Positions 1 to 9,899 are shown, counted from the first letter of the stretch. The stretch: 64,000 nt of DNA from an uncultured Candidatus Saccharibacteria bacterium (GCA_964585475.1 CAZPDF010000004.1:23169-87168); one strand, 5' to 3'. Made by a program: numbers and translations. The notes: generated by a model from the sequence alone, not told the origin.

Positions 1-13
1 TTCGTTATGCTAC

Positions 14-115
14 ATTCATCCCGCTAAAGATAAGAGGAAAACTGTGTCGGCCAGAATATTGCCAATGGCCGGAAGCGAAGAACCCCATCCTTATTTAATC
101 TAAATCTCTAACGGG
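14..115 (-). repeat. degenerate copy of the TCTAACGGGA inverted-pair intergenic element
   Basis: CCCGCTAAAGA (20-30) and TCTCTAACGGG (104-115) in inverted orientation ~73 bp apart; downstream of GH13 gene stop. Confidence 0.3.
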
Positions 116-161
116 ACTCATGCCAAGAGCAAATTTTACATCGGGTTTTACGTAAAGGCGA

Positions 162-1406
162 TTAGGCACGGAAAAAAGAGGATGGATTTTTGAGCTTCTT
201 TTCCGCCTTTTGCCAATCAAAGACTCCTCGGACGGCGCGCCTAGTGTCTCTTTCGCCTGCCGGGATGACTTCATTTTCCATTCCTATCTCATCCCCGTAA
301 TAAATTACCGGCCTGATGGGATATTTTTTGCAAACTTCGAAAAGAAGCGAAAAGGCCTTCTTTATCTTGGCCGGATTACCGCGAAATGCCGTTCCCAAGC
401 GCACGGACACTCCTTTGCCAAATCTAAAAACCCCGTCCGGATCCAAAGCGTAGAGAATCTCTTTTCTATCTTTTAAAGAAAGAGTGGCCAGCGAGAGATC
501 ATCGTGATTTCGCAAAAACCCAAGCCATTGACAATCTGCCGGTATTTTAGAAACTCTCTTGGCCATTTTCCAAAGCCGCTTTTCGTCGTTACGGAGGATG
601 GCCAGAAAAAGCTCCTCGGCCAGCGAAAAATTATAAACCAGTTGGCATTCGTCCCCTAGACCGAAATACGCTGCGGATTTTTCTAGGGATTCATGCACCT
701 CCGCCAGCAATGCGATATCTCCCGATTTTGAATCCGCGTATCTCCGTATGCGCTTTAAAACATCGTGCGTCTCGGGAAGACTTTCTGAATTCGTTCCTTC
801 TTTTTTTATAAGATGGGAAACCGCGTCCAGGCGAAAGGCCCGCACGCCTAAGCCCGTCCAAAAATCCAAAACTTTCATCATTTCGGAAAATACCTCCGGG
901 TTTTCCCAATTCAAATCGGCCTGCTCCGGATAAAACGTAGAGTAATAAAAATCTCCGCGCCCTTTATTCCGAACCCACACGCTTGGCTTGATTCCTGAAA
1001 ACGCGTTGGTTGAACCTTTTAATTCTTCGCCCGCCTGACTCCAAATATAAAAACCGCGCTTGGGATTTGACTCACCCGATCTTGCCTCCCTAAACCACGG
1101 GTGCTCTCGGGATGTATGGTTTAGCACAAAATCAATCATTACACTCATCCCCCGCGCTCGGGCATCTTTTGTAAAATTCTCAAAATCCTTGAGAGTCCCG
1201 AGTCCCGGCCTTATCCCGGTGTAATCAGAAACGTCGTAGCCGTCGTCCACCATCGGCGAAGGATAGTGAGGAAGAACGTGCACGCAAGTAATTCCTAATT
1301 CGGCGAGATAATCAAGGCGCCGGCGGAGGCCCTTAAAATCACCGGCGAATTTATCGGTATAAAGCTCATAAAACACCGCTTTTTCCCACCATTTGACGCT
1401 GGCCAT
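162..1406 (-). CDS. GH13 (alpha-amylase family) catalytic-domain glycoside hydrolase/transglycosidase
   Basis: 414 aa; GH13-like region VMIDFVLNHTS and glycosidase-like N-terminus (YELYTDKF..GDFKGL..LDYLAELGI); sits beside glgA. Confidence 0.7.
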   Translation of the reverse strand: MASVKWWEKAVFYELYTDKFAGDFKGLRRRLDYLAELGITCVHVLPHYPSPMVDDGYDVSDYTGIRPGLGTLKDFENFTKDARARGMSVMIDFVLNHTSREHPWFREARSGESNPKRGFYIWSQAGEELKGSTNAFSGIKPSVWVRNKGRGDFYYSTFYPEQADLNWENPEVFSEMMKVLDFWTGLGVRAFRLDAVSHLIKKEGTNSESLPETHDVLKRIRRYADSKSGDIALLAEVHESLEKSAAYFGLGDECQLVYNFSLAEELFLAILRNDEKRLWKMAKRVSKIPADCQWLGFLRNHDDLSLATLSLKDRKEILYALDPDGVFRFGKGVSVRLGTAFRGNPAKIKKAFSLLFEVCKKYPIRPVIYYGDEIGMENEVIPAGERDTRRAVRGVFDWQKAEKKLKNPSSFFRA

Positions 1407-1426
1407 AGCTTATATTTTAGTATATC

Positions 1427-2965
1427 ATGATACCAATGGGTATTTTTAGCCCTGTGCCAAAATTAAAAATTCTTTTTGTGGCTCCGGAAGCGGCGCCCTT
1501 CGTTAAAGTCGGGGGTTTGGGAGAGGTTATGTTTGCCCTGCCCCGGGCCATAAGGAAACTCGGCTACGACGCGCGCCTTATGATTCCCCGGTACGCCGGA
1601 ATAGACCCGGAAAAATTCTTTTTGAAGATGGCGTACGAAGAATTGATGGTCCCCACTGACTCCCAAGAGCCGGGCCAGCCCAAGCATCTTATCTGTAACG
1701 TTAAAAAATATGAGTCGGATCCCCAAGACCGCCGCGCTCCGGTTACAACTTATTTTCTGGAAAACCGCGAGTACTACGAGCAGCGCGCGAACACTTACGG
1801 CTACGCCGACGACGCGGTCCGCTGGGCGCTTCTATCCCGAGGCGTTCTTGAATTTTTGGTCGCATCGCGCGAGTGGAAACCGGACGTGATTGTTGGCTCG
1901 GACTGGCAATCGGCCTTTCTATTAAATTATCTTCAAACAACTTACAAAAATTACGTCGGCTTAAACTCCATAGCCACGGTATTTTCCATCCACAATCTTT
2001 ACTACCAAGGCATGTTTAACCATAAATTCGTCTCGGAGATGGATTACGACTCCGGCCAGACGCCCCTTCCCGCCTTTTTTGATCCGCGCCTTTTGAAACT
2101 TAACATGATGCGGCGCGGCATAATGTATGCGGACGCCATCAACACCGTGTCTTCCTCCTACGCCCGTGAAATTATGACTCCCGAATACGGCGAGCTTTTG
2201 GATGACCTGATAAAGGAGCGGAGATCCGTGCTTTACGGAATTTTAAACGGCCTGGACTACGAACTTGTAAATCCCAAAACCGACCCGCAACTTTACGTAA
2301 ATTTTGATTCCAAAAGCATTGAAGAGCGCGCCCAAAATAAGCTGCATCTGCAGGATCGCTTCGGCCTGCCCAAAGACCCCAAAAAATTTGTAGTCGGCAT
2401 TGTTTCCCGGCTGGACGAACAAAAAGGGTTGAATCTGCTTTTCACTACCCTGGAACCCTTGCTTAAGCAGCTGGATTTCGAGCTTATCGTAGTCGGCTCC
2501 GGCGACAACCGCTTTATGTCGTTCTTTGACGAAATGGGGAAAAAATTTCCTAAGCAGGTGGCTGCCCACTTAAGTTTTGACGCAGTTCTCGCGCATACTG
2601 TTTTTGGAGGAGCGGATGCCATTTTGATCCCTTCCAAATTTGAGCCCTCCGGCCTTACCCAAATGGAAGCCATGAGGTACGGCGCGATTCCCATCGTAAG
2701 GCGCACCGGCGGACTGGCCGATACGGTCGAGGACTATGATCCTGAGAAAAATACCGGCACGGGTTTTGTTTTTAACGATTTTGAAGGACTCGCGCTGGTC
2801 ATTGCAATTACCCGGGCGTGCGAAACCTTCAAGCATAAAAATATCTGGTCAGGGCTTCAAAAACGCGCCATGGAAACGGATTTCTCCTGGGAGCAGTCCG
2901 CCAAAGAATACATAAAACTTTTCGAAAAAGCCGTGGATATTAAAAAAGGACATGTACTGGGCTAA
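1427..2965 (+). CDS. glgA: glycogen (starch) synthase, GT5
   Basis: 512 aa; N-terminal KILFVAPEAAPFVKVGGLGEV motif diagnostic of GlgA; GT-B C-terminal half. Confidence 0.85.
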   Translation: MIPMGIFSPVPKLKILFVAPEAAPFVKVGGLGEVMFALPRAIRKLGYDARLMIPRYAGIDPEKFFLKMAYEELMVPTDSQEPGQPKHLICNVKKYESDPQDRRAPVTTYFLENREYYEQRANTYGYADDAVRWALLSRGVLEFLVASREWKPDVIVGSDWQSAFLLNYLQTTYKNYVGLNSIATVFSIHNLYYQGMFNHKFVSEMDYDSGQTPLPAFFDPRLLKLNMMRRGIMYADAINTVSSSYAREIMTPEYGELLDDLIKERRSVLYGILNGLDYELVNPKTDPQLYVNFDSKSIEERAQNKLHLQDRFGLPKDPKKFVVGIVSRLDEQKGLNLLFTTLEPLLKQLDFELIVVGSGDNRFMSFFDEMGKKFPKQVAAHLSFDAVLAHTVFGGADAILIPSKFEPSGLTQMEAMRYGAIPIVRRTGGLADTVEDYDPEKNTGTGFVFNDFEGLALVIAITRACETFKHKNIWSGLQKRAMETDFSWEQSAKEYIKLFEKAVDIKKGHVLG

Positions 2966-4307
2966 TTTTCTGCATTTCTATCAGCCGCCCACGCAAAAGC
3001 CGTTTTGGATACGAAAGATAACGGCCGAGGCCTACCGCCCCATCTTGGCAGGATTAAAAAAACAGGGCCGCACCAAAATCACACTCAACATCAACGGCGT
3101 CCTGCTTGAACATTTAGACCGCTGTGGCGAGCAAGACGTTATCGGCCTAATCAAGGACTTGCTGTCGTCCAGGCAAATCGAACTTACCGGAAGCGCCAAA
3201 TTCCATCCGCTGCTTCCTTTTTTGCCGGAGCAAGAAATAGTGCGGCAGATAAAATTAAACGAAGGCACTCTCCGAAAGTATCTCGGAGCTCTTTGGCGCC
3301 CTGAAGGATTCTTTCCTCCGGAGATGGGTTTGAACAAAAAAGTTGCGGAGATTGCCTGCAAATTGGGTTATAAATGGATAATAGCCGACGAACTTTCCAT
3401 GCCTTCCTCTTCCAGGCCCATAGATTATTCCCGGCTTTATAAAATCGCGGGGCTTGAGAATTTTTTTATTTACTTCAGGGAACGGCGCATGAGCTGGATG
3501 ATACTATCCGGCCAAGCAGGGACGGGAAAAATTCTGATCAAAAGCTTGGGGCCGCGTCTCAAGCGGCCTGAATATCTTCTTACCGCGATGGACGGCGAAA
3601 CTTTCGGGCACCATCGCCCCGGGTTGGAGCAGCTTCTCTTTGAAATGTACGAGGAAAAGGACATCCAAACTGTTTTCATTTCCGATCTGCCGGGCCTTTT
3701 TAAGAATGCCGCGGAAATAAATCCGGTTCCCTCCACTTGGGCGCTTATGGAAAAAGATTTGGAGCGCCAAAAGCCCTTTTCCAGATGGAAGGACGAAGAT
3801 AATAAAATTCACAAATTGCAATGGGAATTAACCGATTTAGCGTTGGAGGCCATTAAAAAAGCCGACGCCAAAAGCCCCTTCTTTGCGGAAGCGCGGCTGG
3901 CTCTTGACCGAGCCGTCCACTCCGACCAATATTGGTGGGCTTCGGCCCGGCCGTGGTGGTCAATGGAGATGATTGAAAAAGGCGCGAAAGAACTTTCTAG
4001 CGCGGTGCAAAAGATGCCGGGGGTTACCCAAAAGACCAAGGAGAAAGCGCGCGAGCTTTACAAATTAATAATATTTACGGCTTTCGACTGGCAGAGAGAG
4101 GGCGTGGTTGACGAACTTTCCAAAAAAGAGGATGAGGAAATAAGACAGCGGACCGATACCAGTTTTCCCAAGCTTCCTAAAAAAGAAATAGAAAAGATGA
4201 TTAAAAATTTGAGAGAGGAAATGAAACTGGTCGCAGAAAATCAGGAATTTGAGCGCGCCGCGCAAATACGCGACCGCATCGCCGAGCTTAGAAAATACGC
4301 GGAATAA
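2952..4307 (+). CDS. GH57 family glycoside hydrolase with C-terminal UVR (UvrB/C-like) domain
   Basis: 451 aa; N-terminal FLHFYQPP motif typical of GH57; C-terminus ENQEFERAAQIRDRIAELRKY matches the UVR domain; overlaps glgA stop by 14 nt. Confidence 0.7.
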   Translation: MYWANFLHFYQPPTQKPFWIRKITAEAYRPILAGLKKQGRTKITLNINGVLLEHLDRCGEQDVIGLIKDLLSSRQIELTGSAKFHPLLPFLPEQEIVRQIKLNEGTLRKYLGALWRPEGFFPPEMGLNKKVAEIACKLGYKWIIADELSMPSSSRPIDYSRLYKIAGLENFFIYFRERRMSWMILSGQAGTGKILIKSLGPRLKRPEYLLTAMDGETFGHHRPGLEQLLFEMYEEKDIQTVFISDLPGLFKNAAEINPVPSTWALMEKDLERQKPFSRWKDEDNKIHKLQWELTDLALEAIKKADAKSPFFAEARLALDRAVHSDQYWWASARPWWSMEMIEKGAKELSSAVQKMPGVTQKTKEKARELYKLIIFTAFDWQREGVVDELSKKEDEEIRQRTDTSFPKLPKKEIEKMIKNLREEMKLVAENQEFERAAQIRDRIAELRKYAE

Positions 4308-4450
4308 ACAAGATGGCTGGTACTGGTCTCTCGTTCTGGAACGCTCTTCCTTAATCTACGACTTGCTGAAACTCACAAAAGCCCGTCCCGACTATGGTTG
4401 TGGACGGGTTTTGGGTTGTAAACTAGAAATAATTATGCTATAATTAAAAT

Positions 4451-4639
4451 ATGTATAATTGGTCTACCGATGAAAAGGAACTAAAAAAATATCCGGAAGA
4501 CTACAAAATATGGCGGCTTGAACAGCTGGCCAATTTCGGGCTTAACGGAGAAAAAATAAAGTTAGAGGATTTAAAAAAATATTGGGATAAAATAAAAATT
4601 GATCCGGCGCGCAGAAAATTTCTAAACGCAATTTTATGA
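4451..4639 (+). CDS. small hypothetical protein, possible cognate partner/antitoxin of the downstream AbiEii-like gene
   Basis: 62 aa ORF; stop overlaps downstream start (ATGA); charged, no recognisable domain. Confidence 0.3.
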   Translation: MYNWSTDEKELKKYPEDYKIWRLEQLANFGLNGEKIKLEDLKKYWDKIKIDPARRKFLNAIL

Positions 4640-5298
4640 ATATCGAGGTCCTAAGCCAATTGCAGAAAGATTTTCTTGAAAAAATTGGGCGAACCCCTTA
4701 TTTAAGAGACAATTTCTATCTTACCGGAGGCACCGCTCTTGCCGCTTTTTATTTAAAGCACCGTTATTCGGAGGATTTGGATTTTTTCAGCGAAAAGGAA
4801 GTTGATATGATCAATCTTAATGTGTCGGTGGCCAAGCTTAAAACATTTCCCGGAGTAGTTAAGACGGATTTTGAGCAAAGTTATAACCGAAATTTGATCT
4901 TTTTTCATTTCAAAGAAGTCGTTCTGAAAACCGAATTCACTTTTTTCCCTTTCCCAAGAATTGAAAAAGGGGAGGCGCAATACGGGCTCTATATTGATAG
5001 CCTTTTGGATATTGCCGTAAATAAGCTTTTTACGATTTACCAAAGAAGCGCTGCGAGAGATTATATTGATTTATATTTTATATGTAAAGATGATAAATTT
5101 GAAATTGCCGATTTAATTAAAAAAGCTAAAATAAAATTTGACTGGCACGTCGACCCTTTACAGTTAGGGACGCAATTTATTAAGTCGGCCGAAGCGAAAG
5201 ATTATCCCAGAATGATAATTGATATCAAACCGGAAGAATGGCAAAATTTTTTCCTGAAAAAGGCAAAAGAGTTAAGATCAGAGGTTTTAGAATTTTAA
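4636..5298 (+). CDS. nucleotidyltransferase, AbiEii/AbiGii toxin family (DUF1814-like)
   Basis: 220 aa; N-terminal YLTGGTALAAFYLKHRYSEDLDFF resembles AbiEii-family NTase signature. Confidence 0.65.
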   Translation: MNIEVLSQLQKDFLEKIGRTPYLRDNFYLTGGTALAAFYLKHRYSEDLDFFSEKEVDMINLNVSVAKLKTFPGVVKTDFEQSYNRNLIFFHFKEVVLKTEFTFFPFPRIEKGEAQYGLYIDSLLDIAVNKLFTIYQRSAARDYIDLYFICKDDKFEIADLIKKAKIKFDWHVDPLQLGTQFIKSAEAKDYPRMIIDIKPEEWQNFFLKKAKELRSEVLEF

Positions 5299-5400
5299 CA
5301 GTGCTGCATCAAAAACTTCGCAGTATGCAGAGTCGGTAGGGAATACGCCAAAAAGCCGCATGTGTATGCGGCTTTTTGAACAATTAATTATAGGTGGCGG

Positions 5401-6474
5401 CTAGATTTTTCCGGAAAATTTTAGAAGCAGAGTCAAAATCTTTGCTTGCCAATTGAAAAAGATTAACGCCACCATAAACAATATCAGTAGCGATGCGTAT
5501 GCCGCATGCAGGAGATGCTGTTTTCTTACCTCAACCGCTACGGCAAGCAGGAATGAGGCGGAAACAACCGCTCCAAGCAGGAAATAAAGCATCCCGAGGA
5601 TCTTCCCGGGCGAGACAATAAGCCGTTCAATGAAAGAGGCATATCGCAAGACGGGCAAAGGAGAAACTAGCGGAGAAATCTCATTTTCAGCGCTCTCCAG
5701 AACTTTCATCACGATAAGCGATTCGTCTTCATAAACTTTTTTAATACCCTCCTTGAGATTCACGTTCACCCCGTTACTGCTTGCAGTAACGGGGCCCACC
5801 GCCTCTCCCGCAACCCGCAACTCTTCCGCCCCATTCGCTTTAGCTGGAATGGTCTCAACCACAGTTTTTGCCAACTCCGGAAGAGGATCCGCCGTTGTTT
5901 GGACAAAGGGAAGAAACGGATGGCCAAACATCTGGACCACAAATAATGTCTCTTTTCCCTGGTAATTACCTCGCGCAGCCGCAATGCCAATTTCGGTGAA
6001 TTTATAGCCCAAAATGTTTGCACGATGTCTAGGAGAATTGAGCCATGCCTTGTTCACCGCTCCGGAGTCCACGAAATCCACCGCCAGATTCTCCCCTGCC
6101 GCGGAAAATAGATATCCGGCCTCGCCAAACCAATGCCACGGCGTAAGGCCGTCCGGGCTAGTATGGGAGAAATATCCGTTTTTAGCCATGTCTTCTGCTT
6201 TGAGCAGGGCCGCTTTTTCAAGAAGCGAATTTATTTTAAGCGGCGCAAGACCGTTTTCCTCTCTGCTTTCATTTGTAAAATCAACCAAAACCCGAGGAAG
6301 AATCGCGGCGGTTAGATCCAACCGGCTCAAGAGAACGGACTGAAAACTCGTTCCGATAAGGAGCAGGACAGCAACAATTGAAAGCCGGAAAATGCTTGCC
6401 CTTCTTAGTAAATGCGGCTGGTATTCATTTGCTTCATGCGGAATAAAATATTTTCGCAGAATTCTCTTGTTCAT
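5401..6474 (-). CDS. CAP/SCP (PR-1-like) domain protein, membrane anchored
   Basis: 357 aa; N-terminal TM; CAP-like region NGYFSHTSPDG..GENLA....AWLNSPRHRANIL; C-terminal TM helices. Confidence 0.6.
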   Translation of the reverse strand: MNKRILRKYFIPHEANEYQPHLLRRASIFRLSIVAVLLLIGTSFQSVLLSRLDLTAAILPRVLVDFTNESREENGLAPLKINSLLEKAALLKAEDMAKNGYFSHTSPDGLTPWHWFGEAGYLFSAAGENLAVDFVDSGAVNKAWLNSPRHRANILGYKFTEIGIAAARGNYQGKETLFVVQMFGHPFLPFVQTTADPLPELAKTVVETIPAKANGAEELRVAGEAVGPVTASSNGVNVNLKEGIKKVYEDESLIVMKVLESAENEISPLVSPLPVLRYASFIERLIVSPGKILGMLYFLLGAVVSASFLLAVAVEVRKQHLLHAAYASLLILFMVALIFFNWQAKILTLLLKFSGKI

Positions 6475-6667
6475 TTTTTTATAATTATAGCATAAATTTA
6501 CCTGCCCGCCATAAGCCTGTCCTGTTAAGTTAAGATGGGGTTGGAAACTTCGTGAAGCATTAAAAGTTATCTTGGTTTCTGTGCAGGCCTAGGACAGGCA
6601 GGGACAAAAACAATACCCCTCCGATTATAATCGGAGGGGTATTGTGGTAAAATCAGCATTTGACTAC

Positions 6668-9600
6668 TTAATTCGGTGAAGCAATGAGTGCCGCAAGTTC
6701 AGCTTCAAGTTCCGCAAGTCTTTTACGGATGAGGTCAATGAGTTTCAATTTTAATTCTGCAATCTTTACACGGATTTCTTGAATCAATTCCTCGCGACTC
6801 GCTGTAACACCCAACACCTGTCCGGATGAAGCGGGAGGAACAAATAAGGCTGTCCCGTCAGGCATATATAATGCCGTCCCTGATATAATCCCGCCGCCGC
6901 CTCCGCCACCACCGCCTCCACCGCCGCCTCCTCCTGAAGACGGCGCAGGTGTCGTAAAGGATTGCTCGCCGCCAACTGATTCCGGTGATGCCGAGGAGAT
7001 AGTGCGATAGAAGTAAGTGGTGCCCGCAGCAAGACCGCTCACGGAAACGCTGTGGTCCGTTACCTTCGGATCCTCGTCCAACGTCGCCGTGGAATTCGCG
7101 TACCCGTAGTTCGGCGCGGAATCAAGTACGGGGTGCGAAACGGTGTCGTAAATCACGCGACTCGTGCCCGGGAAATCCGTTGTCCACTGAATGGTCACCG
7201 ATGTTTGCTCCGCTTCTGTCGCCACCTCTTCGCTGATAACGAGCACTCGTTGATGATTGCCGAAATCAAGCGGATGATCATTTGCATCCGTATTCACATT
7301 TTGGCCACTTATTTCAATTTCAACAAATACATCAAAGAATGAGGCGCGATTGAGATCGGGAGAACTGTCAATGCGGTAAGTAATGTCAAAAAATGAATCT
7401 ACGACTGGGGCGGGATTGGTCGCGTTCCATCCATCGCTATTTCCCTCGAAAACTTTATATTCACCCGACTGTGTAACGGGCAGAGAATACGAACCATTTG
7501 CTCCGGTGAGTGACAAGGCAATAATTTCAATCGGAATCATTTCTTGTCCTTCTCTTTGCGGCATCACCTGTCCAAGCGCTATCGGCCATTCGGCAAGTCC
7601 GGGCTCACCTTCATCCCACACGCCATCATCATTAAGATCGTTCCATTTGTGTCCGGTAATAACCGGGTAATGGAAGTTTCCGAAGTTCAGCGGATTATTG
7701 CTGAGATCAGTCGTGATCGTTCGTCCTAATCTCGGTTGAAGCTCAACGAATACATCAAAGAATGAGTCAACAACCAATGGCGGTTGCTCTGGCAAACCAA
7801 TACGATAAGTAATGTCAAAAAATGAATCTACGACTGGGGCGGGATTGGTCGCGTTCCATCCATCGCTATTTCCCTCATATACTTTGTATTCGCCGGATTC
7901 TGTTACCGGAAGAACGAATTTTCCATCGGATCCGGTAAGCGAGAGTGCTACGATTTCGATGGGGACCTGTCCGTCTTCGTTTGCGGGCCCTGTTACCAGA
8001 CCGAGCGCTACATTCCAACCTGGGAGCGCTGGCTCTTCTTTATCCCATTCGCCATCGCCATCCAAATCTTCCCATTTGTAACCAACCAGTTCAGTGCTCG
8101 TGTCGGTATTCGTAAATGTACAGGTTACGGTATCGCCTTCTTCAACCGTCACCGTCTTGCCGTTTGGCGGTTCCGCAAATCCAACTGATTCATTGTCATA
8201 CTCACAAGAAATATCGGAAAGCTCCCAACCCTCCGGCACGGTTTCTGTAATCGTGTAATCTCCTACAGCGACATCAAGGGTTCGCTCGTCGCCTCCGGAA
8301 AGAGCGAAATCTTCATGATCCGTTAATGAGAAATTAAATGATTCTCCCGCATCGTCGGGGTTCGTTATTTTGCGGACAACAATATGCCCGCCGTTAAATC
8401 GGTTGTAAAGATACGTCTCCGTATCCCCCCTATCGTCGAAAAAATTTGTACCAAACCACACCAGCACCTGTCCCAAATCCCGGTTGACTACCCTTTCATA
8501 GTATCCGTCCACGTTTTCAAGCCGCCACCCCCCTCTTTCCTCTTCGTCAATGATGTGCCATTCGTCAGGAGATTGTAGAATCTCGGAGGAAAATACCGCC
8601 GCGCCGCGGAAATTGCTTGCTTCATCACTACTGGTTTCCTTACATTCTACTATTTCTCCCGTCGTAAAAGTATTTTCGCCATCTTCATCAAGCAGAGAAT
8701 CCCCATTTTCGTCAAGAACCGGCACCGCTTCATAGAGACAGACATCCCAGCCCGGGATAACATTTCCCGTATCGTCGTCATACTTATACACCACTACAAA
8801 TGACCGCCTATTGCCGAACAGAACTTCCTCGTTTTCTCCCGGACTTAGCTCAACCCCTTGCGAGGTCTCGGTCGTCGATATCCAGCCCTGCGGAGCTTCG
8901 CCTTCTGTACCTTCTCTAACGTCATACTCGCCCGCAGGAAGACCTGTCCATTCGACTATTCCGTTCGGGTCGGTATTTTTACACTGACCCTCCCAACCCT
9001 CGGGAAAGAAAAATGAAAACAAATTATCCAAAAAACGGTCTGCGAGATCATCGGGGTAAAGGCAAATGTTTATATTCTCCACCCCCGGCTCGCCGTCGTC
9101 CCACGCGCCATCGCCATCCTGATCGTTAAATTTCTGAACCGTAATCGTGCCAAACTTCGGGGTATTGCCGAAATCAAATGATTCGGTGCCGTTAATAACT
9201 TCTCCATTTTCAACGGTGACTTCCCACCCCCACGGAGCATAATCTTCATTTTCATCGCACTCTACTGCGCCTGACGTATTCTCGGTCGGGTAAGTTTGCG
9301 TCCAGTTTACTTCCGCCGTTTCACAAACGATAAAAGTGCCGTTTGAAAGATCGCTAAATTCATACGCATAATCCTCCCCGTTCGTATTCGCGGAATCTTC
9401 CTCGTCGCCATTCTCGTCAACTAACGAGATCTCCCAACCCGCGATACCCTGGTCGCCATCATCCCTCGCGCCGCCGTTGCCATTGACATCATAGAACTTG
9501 TAACCGGAGATTGTGTCGTGCGCTTCACCGTTTTCGTGCTGGTCCGCCAGTACAAAATTATTAGAAAATAAAACGGCGCCGAAAACAGCGACTGTTATAA

Positions 9601-9760
9601 ATAAACTTGTAGCAATCAGGTGCTTCGGTCGCCAATGAGTAATCCTACAAAGATAAAAATCGATTGAACGAGATGTATTGTTACGTTTAAAATGAGATAA
9701 ATTTATGATTCTATTACTGCCGGAACCCGCTATTACATCAGAAATGATTTTCCTGCTCAT
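6668..9760 (-). CDS. large cell-surface protein with SdrD-B/Cna-B-like Ca-binding repeats, FN3-like region, (Gly)16 tract and C-terminal coiled coil
   Basis: 1030 aa; N-terminal TM/signal; repeated Y/HKW.DL..DG.WD..EPG..GW motifs; two near-identical segments (..NSDGWNATNPAPVVDSFFDITYRI..); GGGGGGGGGGGGGGGG; LKLKLIDLIRKRLAELEAELAAL tail. Confidence 0.6.
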   Translation of the reverse strand: MSRKIISDVIAGSGSNRIINLSHFKRNNTSRSIDFYLCRITHWRPKHLIATSLFITVAVFGAVLFSNNFVLADQHENGEAHDTISGYKFYDVNGNGGARDDGDQGIAGWEISLVDENGDEEDSANTNGEDYAYEFSDLSNGTFIVCETAEVNWTQTYPTENTSGAVECDENEDYAPWGWEVTVENGEVINGTESFDFGNTPKFGTITVQKFNDQDGDGAWDDGEPGVENINICLYPDDLADRFLDNLFSFFFPEGWEGQCKNTDPNGIVEWTGLPAGEYDVREGTEGEAPQGWISTTETSQGVELSPGENEEVLFGNRRSFVVVYKYDDDTGNVIPGWDVCLYEAVPVLDENGDSLLDEDGENTFTTGEIVECKETSSDEASNFRGAAVFSSEILQSPDEWHIIDEEERGGWRLENVDGYYERVVNRDLGQVLVWFGTNFFDDRGDTETYLYNRFNGGHIVVRKITNPDDAGESFNFSLTDHEDFALSGGDERTLDVAVGDYTITETVPEGWELSDISCEYDNESVGFAEPPNGKTVTVEEGDTVTCTFTNTDTSTELVGYKWEDLDGDGEWDKEEPALPGWNVALGLVTGPANEDGQVPIEIVALSLTGSDGKFVLPVTESGEYKVYEGNSDGWNATNPAPVVDSFFDITYRIGLPEQPPLVVDSFFDVFVELQPRLGRTITTDLSNNPLNFGNFHYPVITGHKWNDLNDDGVWDEGEPGLAEWPIALGQVMPQREGQEMIPIEIIALSLTGANGSYSLPVTQSGEYKVFEGNSDGWNATNPAPVVDSFFDITYRIDSSPDLNRASFFDVFVEIEISGQNVNTDANDHPLDFGNHQRVLVISEEVATEAEQTSVTIQWTTDFPGTSRVIYDTVSHPVLDSAPNYGYANSTATLDEDPKVTDHSVSVSGLAAGTTYFYRTISSASPESVGGEQSFTTPAPSSGGGGGGGGGGGGGGGIISGTALYMPDGTALFVPPASSGQVLGVTASREELIQEIRVKIAELKLKLIDLIRKRLAELEAELAALIASPN
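7321..7880. repeat. intragenic tandem duplication (~430 bp period) inside the 1030-aa surface protein gene
   Basis: ~85 bp identical blocks starting near 7365 and 7794 (antisense ORFs 7383 and 7812 begin with the same 22 residues); flanking sequence diverged. Confidence 0.6.
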
Positions 9761-9899
9761 TAATTCGCGTTCCCCATTAAAACTGCCAAATTATTGAAGA
9801 AATAAGGCAATTTCTAAAAAAACGTCTAAATAAACATTATATTTGAGATAAGTTATGACACTTTCCCCATTTTAGCATAATAAAATAATTATGTCAAGG

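Noticed and set aside
4249-4443. 64-aa ORF between the GH57 gene and the AbiEii locus
   Set aside because: Overlaps the GH57 3' end out of frame; no RBS; hydrophilic random-like sequence.
6880-6930. G-quadruplex or regulatory role for the GGN-repeat DNA
   Set aside because: It is in-frame coding for poly-Gly within a surface protein. Slippage-prone repeat is a more conservative reading than a DNA-structure function.
7321-7880. Possible CRISPR array or VNTR
   Set aside because: Only two copies with a 430-bp period and all in-frame coding sequence; no short direct repeats with unique spacers. This is a domain duplication.
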